This document shows, piece by piece, positions 1 through 12,900 of a stretch of 64,000 nt of DNA. Position numbers and translations under genes: made by a program. Below the pieces are notes generated by a model that worked only from the letters and a program-made list of their open reading frames with translations, was not told the origin of the DNA and did no database searches. The first letter of the stretch is position 1. The number at the start of each line of letters is the position of its first letter. The DNA is from Octopus vulgaris (Eukaryota): NCBI GenBank assembly GCA_951406725.2, contig OX597816.1, forward strand, positions 23,622,001 to 23,686,000. The letters are read 5' to 3'.

Positions 1-430
1 AAAACTAGTCTTCTTCGTTAACATAGACGATAAAGAGTGTAGTAATTTTCCAATTCTGTATTACATTAAAAGACGCCAAGATTAACACCTGAGATAAGAT
101 CAGTAAAATGTAAATTAGACTCGATCAATAATAGTATTATACACACAATCAACTTTCCATTCAGGGTCTATAGCATTTCGGTTATTGACATACACAACAA
201 ACATAACTGCAAATTTACACTGCATGTCAACGCGTGATTTTAGCCGTCAAAAAGGGCAAAGGTAAATCCTTCGGGACACCTTGGTTTTTGACAGGAGATT
301 TTCTGTTGTTAACGATACAAACACCGGTATGATCATTTATTCTAGAAAGTTATTATTACTCTTCCCGGATCAAAAGTTGTGGTGTCGAACTATTCGGCCA
401 CCCCAATGTTTTTCTTGCGCAGTATCGTTG
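1..430 (+). pseudogene. Possible highly decayed Penelope-like RT/thumb relic
   Basis: Frameshifted translations RDTLVFDRRFSVVNDTNTG and SNYSATPM weakly resemble the PLE motifs R.IIWFNPPFS..V.TNIG and SYS..PN. Eye alignment only. Confidence 0.25.
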
Positions 431-444
431 GTAATTTTTTATCT

Positions 445-655
445 TTTACTTATTTCAGCCAAGCTGGGCACCGTTTTGAAGGGTTTAGTCGAATAAATCG
501 ATCCCAATATATTTTTTCCAAACGTGGTGCTTATTCTATCGCCCTCTTTTTGCTGAACCACTTAGTTACGGGTGCAGCTAATAAACTAAAAAAAACCAAC
601 AAACCAACACCGGTTGTTAAGTGTAGGAGATAAAAACACACAAATACACACACAC

Positions 656-696
<41 letters not shown>

Positions 697-897
697 CATA
701 CATACATACATACATACATACATACATACATTTATATACGATAGGCATTTTTGGGGTTTTCGTCAAAAAATCCATTCACAAGGCGTTGATTGGTCGAGGT
801 TATAGTAGAAGACATTTACCCAAAATACCACATGGTAGGACTGACCTTGGAACTATGTGGCTTGGAAGAAAACTTATTACCACACAACCAACCCTGA
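445..897 (-). mobile_element. SINE family 1 (tRNA-headed, internal microsatellite), diverged copy
   Basis: Matches the reverse complement of the full copy at 22698-23096; the tail is at 445-640 and the head at 740-897. Confidence 0.75.
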
Positions 898-1449
898 GCC
901 TAAAAGGGGTGAACTGCCGTGAGCAAGATTCGAACCACGGTTACCACGGCCACAAAGCGGGGTTAATTTAATTTACCAAAATTATTCGCCTTAGATTTAC
1001 TCCGTACAAAATTTGAAACATTAGTAGTAAGGTTTTATATGAAGTTGAACTAACCATGTCCCCTAATAAATGTGACTGCTATTCTTTTTTTCTTTTATTC
1101 TTTTATTTGTTTCAGTCATTTAACTGCGGCCATGCTGGAGCACCGCCTTTCTAAGATGTCCTTTAGTTTTGAGCAACTTAAACTGAGAATCCCTGTCAGT
1201 CCAAACATTATTTATTTGATTATTCTTTTATTCATTTAATTCTTTTTATTCCTTTGACTGCAGCTACGCTGGAGCGCCGCCTTGGACGATTTTAGTCGAA
1301 TGTATCGATCCCGGGACTTATGTCCTAGTACTTAATCCATCGGATCTCTTTTGCCGAAACGCTGAGTTACGGTTGACAAGCGGTGGTGAGGGATAGACAC
1401 AATCACACAAGTACATACATACATATATATATACTTTTTCAAAATGTAA

Positions 1450-1576
1450 CCATATGTGGAACGTTGGCGATTTTTTCCTCCGTCTCCTGTTTCTGACGAA
1501 GAGTTATGCTCGAAATGTAAAACCACCATTCTTTCCTTCCCTGAGCGTCTGCTAATACTTTGCATGTACCACGTCT
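1450..1576 (+). mobile_element. H1 short non-coding repeat carrying a minimal hammerhead motif
   Basis: Homologous to copies at 15590, 33490, 36105 and 50415 (CGTTGGCGATTTT...GTTTCTGACGAAGAG...CCTGAGCGTC...CCACGTC). Confidence 0.8.
1489..1523 (+). ncRNA. Minimal type I hammerhead ribozyme-like motif
   Basis: GUUU-CUGACGA-A-GAGU(UAU)GCUC-GAAA-UG-UA|AAAC. Stem I GUUU/AAAC, 4-bp stem II, GUA cleavage triplet. Confidence 0.65.
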
Positions 1577-1632
1577 TACCATACAATCACAACTTACCAT
1601 ACAATCACAACTTACCATACAATCACAACTTC
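1576..1632 (+). repeat. 18-bp tandem repeat x3 (TTACCATACAATCACAAC)
   Basis: Seen directly; it produces the repeated LPYNHN peptide in the ORF track. Confidence 0.9.
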
Positions 1633-1749
1633 TTAACTAATAGTTAAACTTAAGCTCTGATAACTACTATCCTAACAAAAAGTTTATAATTCATTTGGAA
1701 ACGTCCCAACCACCTGCCTGCCATTTTAAAAGATCCACATGTGACATGA

Positions 1750-2100
1750 AAGGCTTCCCCCGTGCTCGAAAGACTATGGATCTTTACCTGAAGAATTTTG
1801 TGTCAGCTGCTGACGGCGGTGAAGTTTCTGATATGGTTGCACCGGCCTTCATGGGAGTAGCAGTCATGAACGCAGTGACTGCATTTGAACAAGCTTTCTA
1901 GGGCGTCTTTTAGTTTTCCTTTCTTCGAGCGCGCTTTTCTTCGGTGGCAAATCTCAGTTTCTCTTCTCTTCACTCCATTCCGTTACATAATATTTGTTTC
2001 CAGCATAGGCGATCATTTGTGACCTCCTCCCATCTCAAGAACGTCCAGATTTACTCACTTCACATCTCTCTTGCAGATATCCCTGAAACTTTATTATACC
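1750..2100 (-). mobile_element. RTE-clade LINE 3' fragment (ORF C-terminus, pseudogenised)
   Basis: Minus strand reads FRDICKRDVK*VNLD..WEEVTNDRLCWKQILCNGME*REEKLRFATEEKRARRK, then FKCSHCVHDCYSHEGRCNHIR, a terminal C2H2 typical of BovB-like RTE. Tail CCATAGTCTTTCGAG. Confidence 0.75.
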
Positions 2101-2104
2101 TTAG

Positions 2105-2500
2105 CAAATGTTTCATCAATCCGCCTGCTATTTTCAAACATTTTCATAACTACATTAGTAAGCGAAGTTTAGATACACCGGCAGCCGGATCATCAGCTGA
2201 ATATTACAACAATGCATTGCATAGAGGTAGCTTGAATAAAGGAACTCATCGTGTATCGAAACAGATCAATGCAACCATTCAGCACGCAAAGAAAAAGTTC
2301 ACACAGAGAAACCCATCACATAGTTTAAATACCAGTTCGAACAACACAAGATTATTCCTGCATTTAGGAAATAACATTTCTACCCAACCATAACTTCTTC
2401 AAAATCTACTAGAAAGAATTTAAAGAGAAGTTACAGTTGTTCTCATAAATCTGCAGCCTCCACCGTTAAAAAAACTCTCAGAAAAACATAACTGGTTGGT
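2105..2500 (+). pseudogene. Penelope-like element RT-thumb relic (Naiad-like)
   Basis: PPAIFKHFHNYISKR..AEYYNNALHRG..NPSHSLNTSSNNTRLFLHL / PNHNFFKI / KNLKRSYSC parallels the PLE consensus HPP.I.K....I..R..A..Y..AL..SG..NPPFS.N..TN....FL.L..HFP..H...KIFN.N..K.SYSC, with frameshifts. Confidence 0.55.
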
Positions 2501-2564
2501 AACTAATTTCCACCAAAATTGGGCGAAAATTTTTAAACGATAAGAGAAACAACAGCAACACTAC

Positions 2565-2620
<56 letters not shown>

Positions 2621-2669
2621 CAGCAGCAGCAGCAGTAGCAGTAGTAGTAGTAGTAGTATTAGTAGTAGT

Positions 2670-2701
<32 letters not shown>

Positions 2702-2725
2702 TAGTAGTAGTAGCAGTAGTAGTAG
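2565..2725. repeat. (TAG)n/(CAG)n microsatellite
   Basis: Seen directly. Confidence 0.95.
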
Positions 2726-2752
2726 AATACTGCTGTTAATAGTAATATATAT

Positions 2753-3023
2753 CAGTGCTACTCAAAGTGATGATCCGCAAGCCATCAGCTGTCGGTACGC
2801 GGCGAGTTTCTGGAAAAGAAAGAAATCTTATAAATGCTTACGTAATATTGTATTATTTGTTTACAAAAGAAATATAGGATAACAAAAATTGTCAACTTCT
2901 ATTATGTCCATTATATGTATTGTTTCCGGTACAAATTAATATTTAAGAAATATTACCGGTCCCTGACACATTGTCGAAAAAAGAATTGCCGGTACGCCAC
3001 ATCACATAGTTTGAGAGGCTCTG
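2753..3023. mobile_element. Non-autonomous hAT (Charlie-like) MITE
   Basis: Ends CAGTGCTACTCAAA ... TTTGAGAGGCTCTG form an imperfect TIR; 8-bp flanks ATATATAT/ATCTATAT. Confidence 0.6.
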
Positions 3024-3141
3024 ATCTATATTACACTTGGAAGGAAACATAAAAGATATATCTTTCTATTTAAAATATCCACATTTTTTATGTCATGTTT
3101 ATGAAAGCAAATAGAGGTTTGCTTAATATTCTTATTGTTGA

Positions 3142-3510
3142 AGGCGGTGAGCTGGTAGAAACGTTAGCACGCCGGGCGGAATGAGTAGCCATATTTCGTC
3201 TGCCGTTACATTCTGAGTTCGAATTCCGCCGCGGTCGACTTTGCCTTTCATCCTTTCTGGGTCGATAAATTAAGTACTGGGGTCGATGTAATCGACTTAA
3301 TCCGTTTGTCTGTCCTTGTTTGTCACCTCTGTGTGGGCAGTAAAGAAATAGGTATTTCGTCTGAATTCAAATTCCGCCGAGGTCGACTTTGCCTTTCATC
3401 CATTTGGTGCTCGATAAATTAAGTACCAGTTACGCACTGGGGTCGATCTAATTGACTAGCCCCCAACTCCCCAAAAATTTCGGGTCTTGTGCATATAGTA
3501 GAAAAGAATA
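3142..3510 (+). mobile_element. SINE family 2 (Meta-domain-like), two body units
   Basis: Head AAGGCGGTGAGCTGG; core GTCGACTTTGCCTTTCATCCTTT..GGGTCGATAAATTAAGTAC occurs twice; TSD AATATTCTTATTG on both sides. Confidence 0.85.
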
Positions 3511-3621
3511 TTCTTATTGCTGATGATGATGACGGTTATGTTGTTATCGTTTATTCCTTATACCATCCTATGAGACATTGATCGAGCGTATCTGTAATTA
3601 ATGAAACACATGCACATAACA

Positions 3622-4139
<518 letters not shown>

Positions 4140-4514
4140 CATAAGCAATGAATAGTTGACTACATATTTTAAAGAAGGTAATGTTGTTTGAAGAAGATTT
4201 GACTGTTATTCCTAGCAGATTGATCCAATGCTAAGAGGCTTTTCTGCCAACCCATAGAGTTTCATAAGACGTTTACTGTTGTTGCTGTTATTAATGTTGT
4301 CATAGGTCAGCTATGATTGAGGAAACCTATGTTCAAAATCATTCTAGATGTTGCTGTCCCGCTTTTCTAATAAAATTTTTCAGCGTGCCACCATGAACAA
4401 GTATCGTATCCTGTAGTTCCAGGTCAACCAATAGCACGTGAGTGAATTTGATGGGCGGAAACTGTGTGGAAACTCGTCCTGTATATGAGTAACTGTTAAT
4501 CCAGACGCGTTTTA

Positions 4515-4806
4515 TTTTTTCTTTCGTCGACCTCGGCGGAATTTGAACTCAGAACGCAGCGGCAGACGAAATACCTTTCTTTACTACCCACAAAGGGGCT
4601 AAACACAGAGAGGACAAACAAGGACAGATAAACGGATTAAGTCGATTACATCGACCTTAGTGCGTAACTGGTACTTAATTTATCGACCCCGAAAGAATGA
4701 AAGGCAAAGTCGACCTCGGCGGAATTTGAACTCAGAACGTAACGGCAGACAAAATACTGCTAAGCATTTCGCCCGGCGTGCTAATGTTTCTGCCAGCTCG
4801 CCGCCT
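4515..4806 (-). mobile_element. SINE family 2, partial dimer
   Basis: Reverse complement of the family 2 head and body with a repeated body. Confidence 0.85.
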
Positions 4807-4970
4807 TTCCTCACGTTCTTTTCTGTAGAGGAGCAGAAGTTCGAAACATCAAAGGTCCTTCCATTTTCTTGGGCGTCAAACTAATACACTTTGTTTGTTG
4901 CACCCTTACCTGTCTGTCTTTTGTTTTTTGTGGGGTTTTTTTTTCATAATTTCGAACCATGTATAAATCT
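4807..4970 (+). mobile_element. H2 short repeat with a variant hammerhead-like motif (4818-4854)
   Basis: CUUUU-CUGUAGA-G-GAGC(AGAA)GUUC-GAAA-CA-UC|AAAG followed by GCGTCAAACTAATACAC; homologous to 49785-49990 and 32455-32620. Confidence 0.6.
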
Positions 4971-5206
4971 ATATACCGTGTTGGCTAAAAGTCAGCTGAC
5001 AGTAAATCAAAATTCCATAAATACTATTTGTAATTCTGTATTGACTCGAATGGAAAAAATGTGTTGCTCAAGAAGAATTTCAGTTTGAAAAAATTTTATG
5101 ATGCTTCTAAATTAGATGCCTTTATTAAATTTATTCAGTTGTTAAACATAAATAAGTCTTAGAATTACATGGTTTTGATTTACTGTCAGGTGAATTGCGT
5201 CCAACC

Positions 5207-5291
<85 letters not shown>

Positions 5292-5589
5292 AGTGTGTGT
5301 GTGTGCGTGCGTGCACGTGCTCGTGTTTGCCCCACCAATACCGCTTGACAACCGGCTTTGATTTCTAACTAAGCAAATGGGTAAGAAGAGCGATAGAATA
5401 AGTATTGGACTTTTAAAAGAAAATAAGTACAAAATGAAATTTGTTCGACCAAAATGCCCTTAATGCGATGCCCTAGTATGGCCGTAATCCAGTGATTGAA
5501 TCAAATAAAAAGTAATAGGTAAGATTATCTAAAACCTCTCTCTCTCTCTCTCTCTTAACGTTTCTTTCTCTTCCTCTCTTTCATATTCC

Positions 5590-5803
5590 TTTCTACCCTA
5601 AGCACAAGGCCCGAAATTTTGAGGGAGTAGTGGGCCAGTCGATTAGATCGACCCTAGTACGCAAGTGGTACTTAATTTATCAACCCCGAAAGGATGGAAG
5701 GCAAAGTCGACCTCAGTGAAATTTGAACTCAGAACGTAAAGACAGACGAAATACCTCTAAGTATTTCGTCCGGCGTGCTAACGTTTGTGCCAGCTCGCCG
5801 CCT
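5590..5803 (-). mobile_element. SINE family 2 monomer with tail B
   Basis: TSD TTCCTCTCTTTCATATT on both flanks. Confidence 0.85.
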
Positions 5804-6269
5804 TTCCTCTCTTTCATATTGTACTGAGACAGTACAATATGAGTTCAAGAGGATTTGGTTGCTATATCTAGCATATCAAGCGACCAGACGGTTTCTCTTT
5901 CGCTGTTTTGTAATGTTATCTTCATAAATATCAAAAAAATGAAGTAACACTTTACAAAGGAGAGACATTTTACACCCTGCTTATATATCCACATCCGCAC
6001 ATATTCCTTACATGCCACCTCACATCAGACTACAGACACATAGAATGGAAGTATCCTTTGACTTACGAATATAGATGCAATCAGTTAAGAAAAGTGACAC
6101 CTTACATCATAAACAATAGCCAAACGACAAAAGTATTATATAAAACCATTTGAGACACTTGACTGTTGTTTGACGTCATTCGCGCTATAGACGCTTACAC
6201 GAAGGCAAACCACAGCAAACTCCATTTTGTGTGCGTGTATGCGTGTACATGAATATGAGTATGTGTGTG

Positions 6270-6360
<91 letters not shown>

Positions 6361-6479
6361 CTTTTCATAATTCTTTTCTTCTTCCTTACTCGTTTTCGTT
6401 GTCCGGAAATGTACTGAAAAGATCCACCGCTAATATATTAATTCCTTTAATAAATTGCCTTGACTATTATTACAAGAAG

Positions 6480-6718
6480 TTACTACTGCTACCACTACTA
6501 CTACCACTACTACTGCCACTACTACTACTACTACTACTACTACTATTACTACTACTATTACTACTACTACTACTATTACTACTACTACTACTACAACTAC
6601 TACTACTACTACTACTACTACAACTACTACTACTACTACTACAACTACAGCTGCTGCTACTACTACTACTACTACTACTACTACAACTACAGCTACTACT
6701 ACTACTACTACTACTACT
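6480..6718. repeat. (ACT)n degenerate trinucleotide microsatellite
   Basis: Seen directly. Confidence 0.95.
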
Positions 6719-6861
6719 TTATGGTGCTCCGGAATCACAGCATTAAGTCAAGGCAGGTTAGAAAATGGCTTCATCTTTGAAGCACCGCTTCCTCGTCTCT
6801 CCTACGCTGAGTAAACCGGACAACTAAATGAATGACTTCCTATAATATTTCTTGTCGTGTC

Positions 6862-6913
<52 letters not shown>

Positions 6914-7041
6914 GTATGTTTGTGTATGTGCGTGTGTTTGTGTGTGTATATACATATGTAAGAGCTGATTAAGACAGTAATTCGTATATATATATATATA
7001 TTTATGTTTGTCTTTGTGTATGTATGTATATATATATATAC

Positions 7042-7097
<56 letters not shown>

Positions 7098-7184
7098 ATA
7101 CATATATATATATATATAATGTACGCATATATGTATATTCATGCTTGTTTTGTGTATATATATATGTGTGTGTGTATATATATA

Positions 7185-7217
<33 letters not shown>

Positions 7218-7298
7218 GTATATAATGTACGCATATATATATATATTTATGTTTGTCTTTGTGTATGTATATATACGTGTGTGTGTGTGTGTGTATAC

Positions 7299-7334
<36 letters not shown>

Positions 7335-7899
7335 GCATGTAGGTATTAATTATTTCTTTTTTTTTTTTGTCTTTTGATTTCCTTTGTTAAGATTTCTAAC
7401 CGGAAGCTAATAGTTATTTCTGTGACAAATGTTATTTTTGGCGTCTCATTGTTAAATAAATTGGTGTTGCAAACACCAATTTCTTTTAGGGACATTAAAT
7501 ATTGCACTAAACATAATAGAACGTAATGATCTTGATGAAACTATAAAAAAGGCTACATTAAGCCTACCCTGTCCTAGTACTCACCCAAAAACGATTAAAT
7601 CATTATTTATCATTCAGCTAATCTTCTTTCCAGTAAATATGCTCACCCTTACTTAGCTGTCAATTTCATGTGTATGGCGCCCCAAAGTTATTGCGGTTTG
7701 GTCTACCTTCGGGAAATGGAGATATTAAGAGCAAAACGAGTTGTTGTTATGTATACTATAGAGTTCGTTATTCAATACACGAACTAGAGTTCGTTATTCA
7801 AATAAACGAATGAGCCATTTTTACTTGTTTTCGTTTCTTTTCGTTTCAGTTCTGCAAATTACTCATTACATAAAAGTGTTGTACTATTCTTTATGTTCT

Positions 7900-8242
7900 T
7901 TTACTTGTTCCAATAATTTGACCATAGCCATGCTGGAGCATCGCCTTTAGTCGAACAAATCGACCCTAGGACTTATTCTTTGTAAGCCTAGTACTTATTC
8001 TATCGGTCTCTTTTGCCGAAATACTAAGTTACGGGGATGTAAACACACCAACATTGGTTGTCAAGCGATGGTGAGGGACAAACACGCAAATACATATATA
8101 CGACGGGCTTCTTTCAGTTTCCGTATACTATAGCCCGATGCTATAGTAGAAGACACTTGCCCATGGTGTCACGCAGTGGGACTGAACCCGGAACCATGTG
8201 GTTGGGAAGCAAGCTTTTTAACACCCAGCCATTCCTGTGCCT
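7900..8242 (-). mobile_element. SINE family 1 with internal deletion
   Basis: Homology to 22698-23096. Confidence 0.85.
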
Positions 8243-8299
8243 ATATGTATAACAGTATTTTTTAAATGTATACGTTTATCACAGTTTATTTGGCTAACT

Positions 8300-8717
8300 T
8301 TATTATCTGCTGAAAATAAGGCCGGACAAACGCTGTGCTGATGGTGCTGTTGAGCGAACGGTCTTCGTCCCAGAGCTCGCAAGATGGGAGGAGTCCGAAA
8401 CGTGGTGCTTTGCTATTCGTAAGACCCGCAGAAGAGAAAGCAGGTCAACCCCCGACACCGAGAGCATCGACGGTTGGATGAATGCGCATCCAGGCTCAGC
8501 GGTTGCGTAGGAAGTCGGGGACAAGAAACAGGAAGAAAGAGTAAGAGAAAGTGGGGGCGAAAGAGTACAACAGGGGTCGCCATCACCCCCTGCCGGAGTC
8601 TCGTGGAGATTTAGGTGTTTTCGCTCAATAAACACACACAACGCCCGATCTGGGAATCGAAACCGCGATCCTCCAACCGCGAGTCCGCTGCCATGACTAC
8701 TGGGCCATTGCGCCTCC
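8300..8717 (-). mobile_element. SINE family 4 (head GGAGGCGCAATGGCCCAGT) with tail type X
   Basis: tRNA-like A box (TGGCCCAGTAG) and B box (GTTTCGATTCC). The head and body are shared with 24984-25292 and 27600-27978, but the tail is unique. Confidence 0.85.
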
Positions 8718-9263
8718 TGCTGATAATGTTCAACACTGCATTAAATATCTTATGATAATTAGAATTCAATTCTGAGTTCAAATTTCAGGCAAGGTTGACT
8801 TCTGTGTTTTGTCTTCCCAGAGTCAACTGAATAAATGCCATCCATTCTTCTCTGCCTGCGATGCCATTCGTCCTCTCCCACAATTTGTAGACTTATACTG
8901 AAGTTAGAAACAATTATTTTCTGTTGCAAACGAGTTGGTAGAATTGGCAGTGGGCCGAACAAATTGCTTAGCGGCATTTCTTCCGGCTCTTTACGTGCTG
9001 AGTTCAAATTCAACCGAGGCTGACTTTCCTTTCATCCTTTCAGGATCAATAAAATAAGTACCTATTGAGTGTACTAGGGTCGATGTAATCAATTAGTTAT
9101 ACCTCTACGATTGCTGGCCTCATACCAAAATTTGAAGCAATTATTTCGTTTTGTCTACTTATCTCAGCATAATAGAAAATAAATAAGGAGAGACGTCAGA
9201 GTTTTACTTGTTCTAAATTAGAAAATATCTGCTGTCTCTCATTAATATCTTTCCTGTAAACTT

Positions 9264-9299
9264 ATTCACCGAAGAAGAATTCTGTTCGAAACGTTGGAT
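9264..9299 (+). ncRNA. Degenerate minimal hammerhead-like motif
   Basis: AUUC-A-CCGAAGA-A-GAAU(UCU)GUUC-GAAA-CG-UU|GGAU; U4 of the core is changed to C. Confidence 0.4.
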
Positions 9300-9577
9300 T
9301 TCCCAGTCCTTACGGCAAATTCAGTGTACACTTTTTTTTGTGAATTTTACTAAATAATATATTTCTTGCCGACACGGACCAACGTTAGTTTCTTTGGAGT
9401 CTGAACAAAGCAGAAAGTAAGTTTCCCGGCCAACCAATTTTTCAGTTAGGTTTTGCTTACCTCATCAAGCTAAGTCTCTCTGAAGGAAGTTTATATTTAT
9501 TAATTGTTTGGATAATTTCTTTCGATTGAAGTTTTTTCAACTCAGTGTCGTTTTACAACTTCATATGTATGACCATT

Positions 9578-9860
9578 TGGAGGCACGTGGCCTAGTGGCT
9601 AGAGCAGCAGACTCGCGGTCGAGGGATCGCGGGTTCGAATCTCAGACCGGGCGATGCGTGTGTTTATGAGCGAAACACCTTAGCTCCACGCGGTGAACTT
9701 CTGCTGACTCTTTCGCCACAACTTTCTCTCACTCTTTCCTCCTGCAACTTGCAGTTCACCTGCGATGGACCGGCAACCTGTCCAGGTGGGGAACCTATAC
9801 GCCAAGGAAACCGGGAAACCGGCCCTAATGAGCCAGATATCGCTCGAGAAGGAACAAACA
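9578..9860 (+). mobile_element. tRNA-derived SINE related to families 3/4
   Basis: A box TGGCCTAGTGG, B box GGTTCGAATC; TSD ATGTAT(G/A)ACCAT; related copy at 54003-54308. Confidence 0.85.
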
Positions 9861-10325
9861 TGTATAACCATACTCTACATTGGTTTCTTATTTTAAGATA
9901 GATGCCACACGATGGAGATTTAGCCTTTAATTCTAGCAGTTCTTATAACCCCTTCTAGAGGCTTCTTCCATAAGCTCGTATCATTGGATTATTAAATATT
10001 GCCTTTGTTTAATACCAGGTCAAACATGAATGAGCAAACTTGTATTATCTAGAACATTCCGGCCGTGACCATCCTATCTCTTTGGTAATATATCAGATTA
10101 CATTATTTTATGTGAACCTCCGTTTTTATGACGGTAATGTGAAAATTGATGTGATTTGGCCACTGTTTCTAACAGATCAAGTGGTTTAGTGCGTTTTATC
10201 AACTGGAAAAATATAAACCCAATATATTCAAAACTGGAAGCCATCAATATACGAGGAAATCTTATGTTGTCATTCGGCTTGCTAATAATAGTAACCAAAT
10301 CTTCCTTAAATAACACCCTACTATA

Positions 10326-11138
10326 TTCTTTTTTCCTCTAGGCTAAAGGTCCGAAATTTTGGGGGAGGGACTAGTCAATTAGATTGACCCCATTACGCAA
10401 CTGGTACTTAATTTATCGACCCCGACAGGATGAAAGGTAAAGTCGACCTCAGCGGAATTTGAACTCAGAACATAAAGACAGACGAAATACCTATTTCTAT
10501 TTCTTTACTACCCAAAAGGGGATAAACACAGAGAGGACAAACAAGGACAGACAAACGGATTAAGTCGATTATATCGACCCCAGTGCTTAACTGGTACTTA
10601 TTTAATCGACCCCGAAAGGATGAAAGGCAAAGTCGACCTCGGCGGAATTTGAACCCAGAACGTAAAAGACAGACGAAATACCTATTTCTTTACTACCCAC
10701 AAGGGGCTAAACACACAGAGGACAAACAAAGACAGACAAACGGATTAAGGAGATTACATTGACCCCAGGGCGTAACTGGTACATAATTTATCGACCCCGA
10801 AAGGATGAAAGGCAAAGTCGACCTCAGTGGAATTTGAACTCAGAACGTAACGGCAGACGAAATACCGCTAAGCATTTCGCCCGGCGTGCTTACGATTCTG
10901 CCAGCTCGCCGCCTTTAAAATATTCTTTTCTACTCTAAGCACAAGGCCCGAAATTTTGGGAGGGGAGGCCAGTCGATTAGATTGATCCCAGCACGCAACT
11001 GGTACTTAATTTATCGACTCCGAAAGGATGAAAGGCAAAGTCGACCTCGGCGGAATTTGAATTCAGAACGTAAAGACAGACGAAATACCTCTAAGCATTT
11101 CGCCCAGTGTGCTAAACTTTCTGCCAGCTCGCTGTCTC
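10326..11138 (-). mobile_element. SINE family 2 multimer (two heads, four bodies) under one TSD
   Basis: TAACACCCTACTATA at 10311-10325 and 11139-11153 flanks the whole array. Confidence 0.85.
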
Positions 11139-11599
11139 TAACACCCTACTATAATAAAAACTTTGGTAACGATGCCCAAGTTTCTCTATACGTCAGAAAA
11201 AGATGGGACTTTCACGACCGAATGCATTTGCTTCACGGGTGCTGACAGCAACATCTACAAGTGATTAGGGAGCTCTTCAAGGCTGAAAATTGTAACTACA
11301 TTTCCTCTTTATGATGCCCTACTGTATTAAAAACGGAAATGTTGGGTAATGTGGCCCTCATTTCTCTACACTTAGGACGGTTGCGTGGTTACGACTGTAG
11401 TGTTTTTCGTCACGAGTCTACTTCATTAGGGTTGAACTCTGGCTAAACAGCAACAATAAATATAACCGAGGAGGGCACCTCTACGTAGTCCCCCGGCCTG
11501 CAGGAAAAATAGCAGCCAGATCGCCCTCAGATAGCATCCTACTGTATTATTAAGAAATATTCAGGGAGAAATGTGACCTTGCTTCTCTTCACATAGAGA

Positions 11600-11900
11600 A
11601 AAATTCGATACTCACGTTTGTACTTGTACTTGTGGCGACATTCACTCTGGGCGGGTTGAGTTGGCTTCTTCTACCACCCTCGAGGCAGAAGAAGTTTCGT
11701 GGGAATATGTGGATTTCACAAGCGGTCTCCAACAATCCCGCATGTAGAGACATCCTGTTTGCCGCAGATTGTTCGCAGACGCAGGCACAGAACGACCGAG
11801 GAGCCGCCGGTTGCGAAACAGACACTCCGAGGATTTTCACCAATCCGCCTTGGGTGGTCCTACCAGGAACTGAAGTTCCCGATGGCATAGCTCTGACACT
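11600..11900 (+). pseudogene. Decayed Ty3/Gypsy integrase fragment
   Basis: Across three frames it reads HVCTCTC, LLLP, VSWEYVDFTSGLQQS, CRDILFAADCSQTQAQ, VAKQ, RIF..LPGTEVPDG. This parallels YVRTC..C..GLL.PL..PWE.VSMDFITGLP.S.G...ILVVVDRLTK.AH..VA..HGLP..IVSD. The region is a GC-rich island. Confidence 0.55.
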
Positions 11901-11935
11901 ACCCGTTGCCAGCGTCCCCACCACGGTGAGAAGGG

Positions 11936-12045
11936 GATGGACTTTGGGGACGCAGATGGACTTTGGGGACGCGGATGGACTTTGGGGACGCAATGGACTT
12001 TGGGGACGCAACTGGACCTTGGGGACGCGGATGGACTTTGGGGAT
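11936..12045. repeat. 18-19 bp GC-rich minisatellite, about 6 copies (GATGGACTTTGGGGACGC)
   Basis: Seen directly; each unit carries a GGGG run. Confidence 0.95.
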
Positions 12046-12604
12046 AGTCACGATTGGAGCGCCTTTGATCATATTCCTGATCGATAAGAGATGACCTGTG
12101 ATTAAATGACAACAAAGCGATAAGTGTATCTTTGTCATTCTAATTCTCACTTTCTCCCTTTCTAGGGGGTCACACAACCTGCTAGAAATAGCAACGAATT
12201 CTCCCTTAAATTGTACACTACCATCTTGAAAATGAACGGAACAGACTGAATAATATAATTCCAGTTACGCAATGGCCGATAACAGGAACGAATGGGGTGT
12301 TTATGACTAGAAAGCCTTTTCGTTCGTCTTAGATTTTCTCTGTTAAGGTTGGACCGGGAACTAAACAGAACACGGCAACACCAGTAACAAAATGAAGCTA
12401 ACTTTTATATATTTTATGTTTGAAATTTTCGATCTCACTTCAGGTACGAAGTTATTAGTTCTGTCACGTTACTTTCTCAGTTTGATTCATACCCCCCGAT
12501 GCGATGCAATAAATATTAATATTGCGCCCAGGGTATTTCACTCGAGTGTACTCAGTGACTGGCCCAGCGACTACTGGAACGCAATGATTTCAATGGTAAA
12601 TATT

Positions 12605-12626
12605 GCTGTTATTATCATTATTATTA

Positions 12627-12658
<32 letters not shown>

Positions 12659-12686
12659 GTTATTATTATTATTGTTATTATTATTA

Positions 12687-12723
<37 letters not shown>

Positions 12724-12830
12724 CATTATTATTATTATTGTTATTATTATTATTGTTATTGTCATTATTATTATTATTATTATTATCATTATTATTATTA
12801 CTATTATCATTATTATTATTATTATTATTA

Positions 12831-12880
<50 letters not shown>

Positions 12881-12900
12881 GTTGTTGTTGTTGTTGTTCT
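12605..12900. repeat. (TAT)n/(TGT)n microsatellite
   Basis: Seen directly; source of the poly-I and poly-L ORFs. Confidence 0.95.

Noticed and set aside
1944-2393. 149-aa ORF as a host gene with several N-glycosylation sequons
   Set aside because: It is a chimera of antisense RTE sequence and a PLE thumb relic.
6477-6760. (ACT)n read as a poly-Thr mucin-like exon
   Set aside because: Weak acceptor, no phase-compatible strong donor, and similar TAG/CAG tracts occur at 2565, 40830, 44890 and 46120.
9578-9650. tRNA genes at SINE heads
   Set aside because: A and B boxes are present, but there is no acceptor stem or terminator and they continue into SINE bodies.
11750-11860. LFAAD..IFTNPPW read as an N6-adenine methyltransferase (DIRS-type) motif
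   Set aside because: The spacing is too short, and the surrounding motifs fit a Gypsy integrase better.
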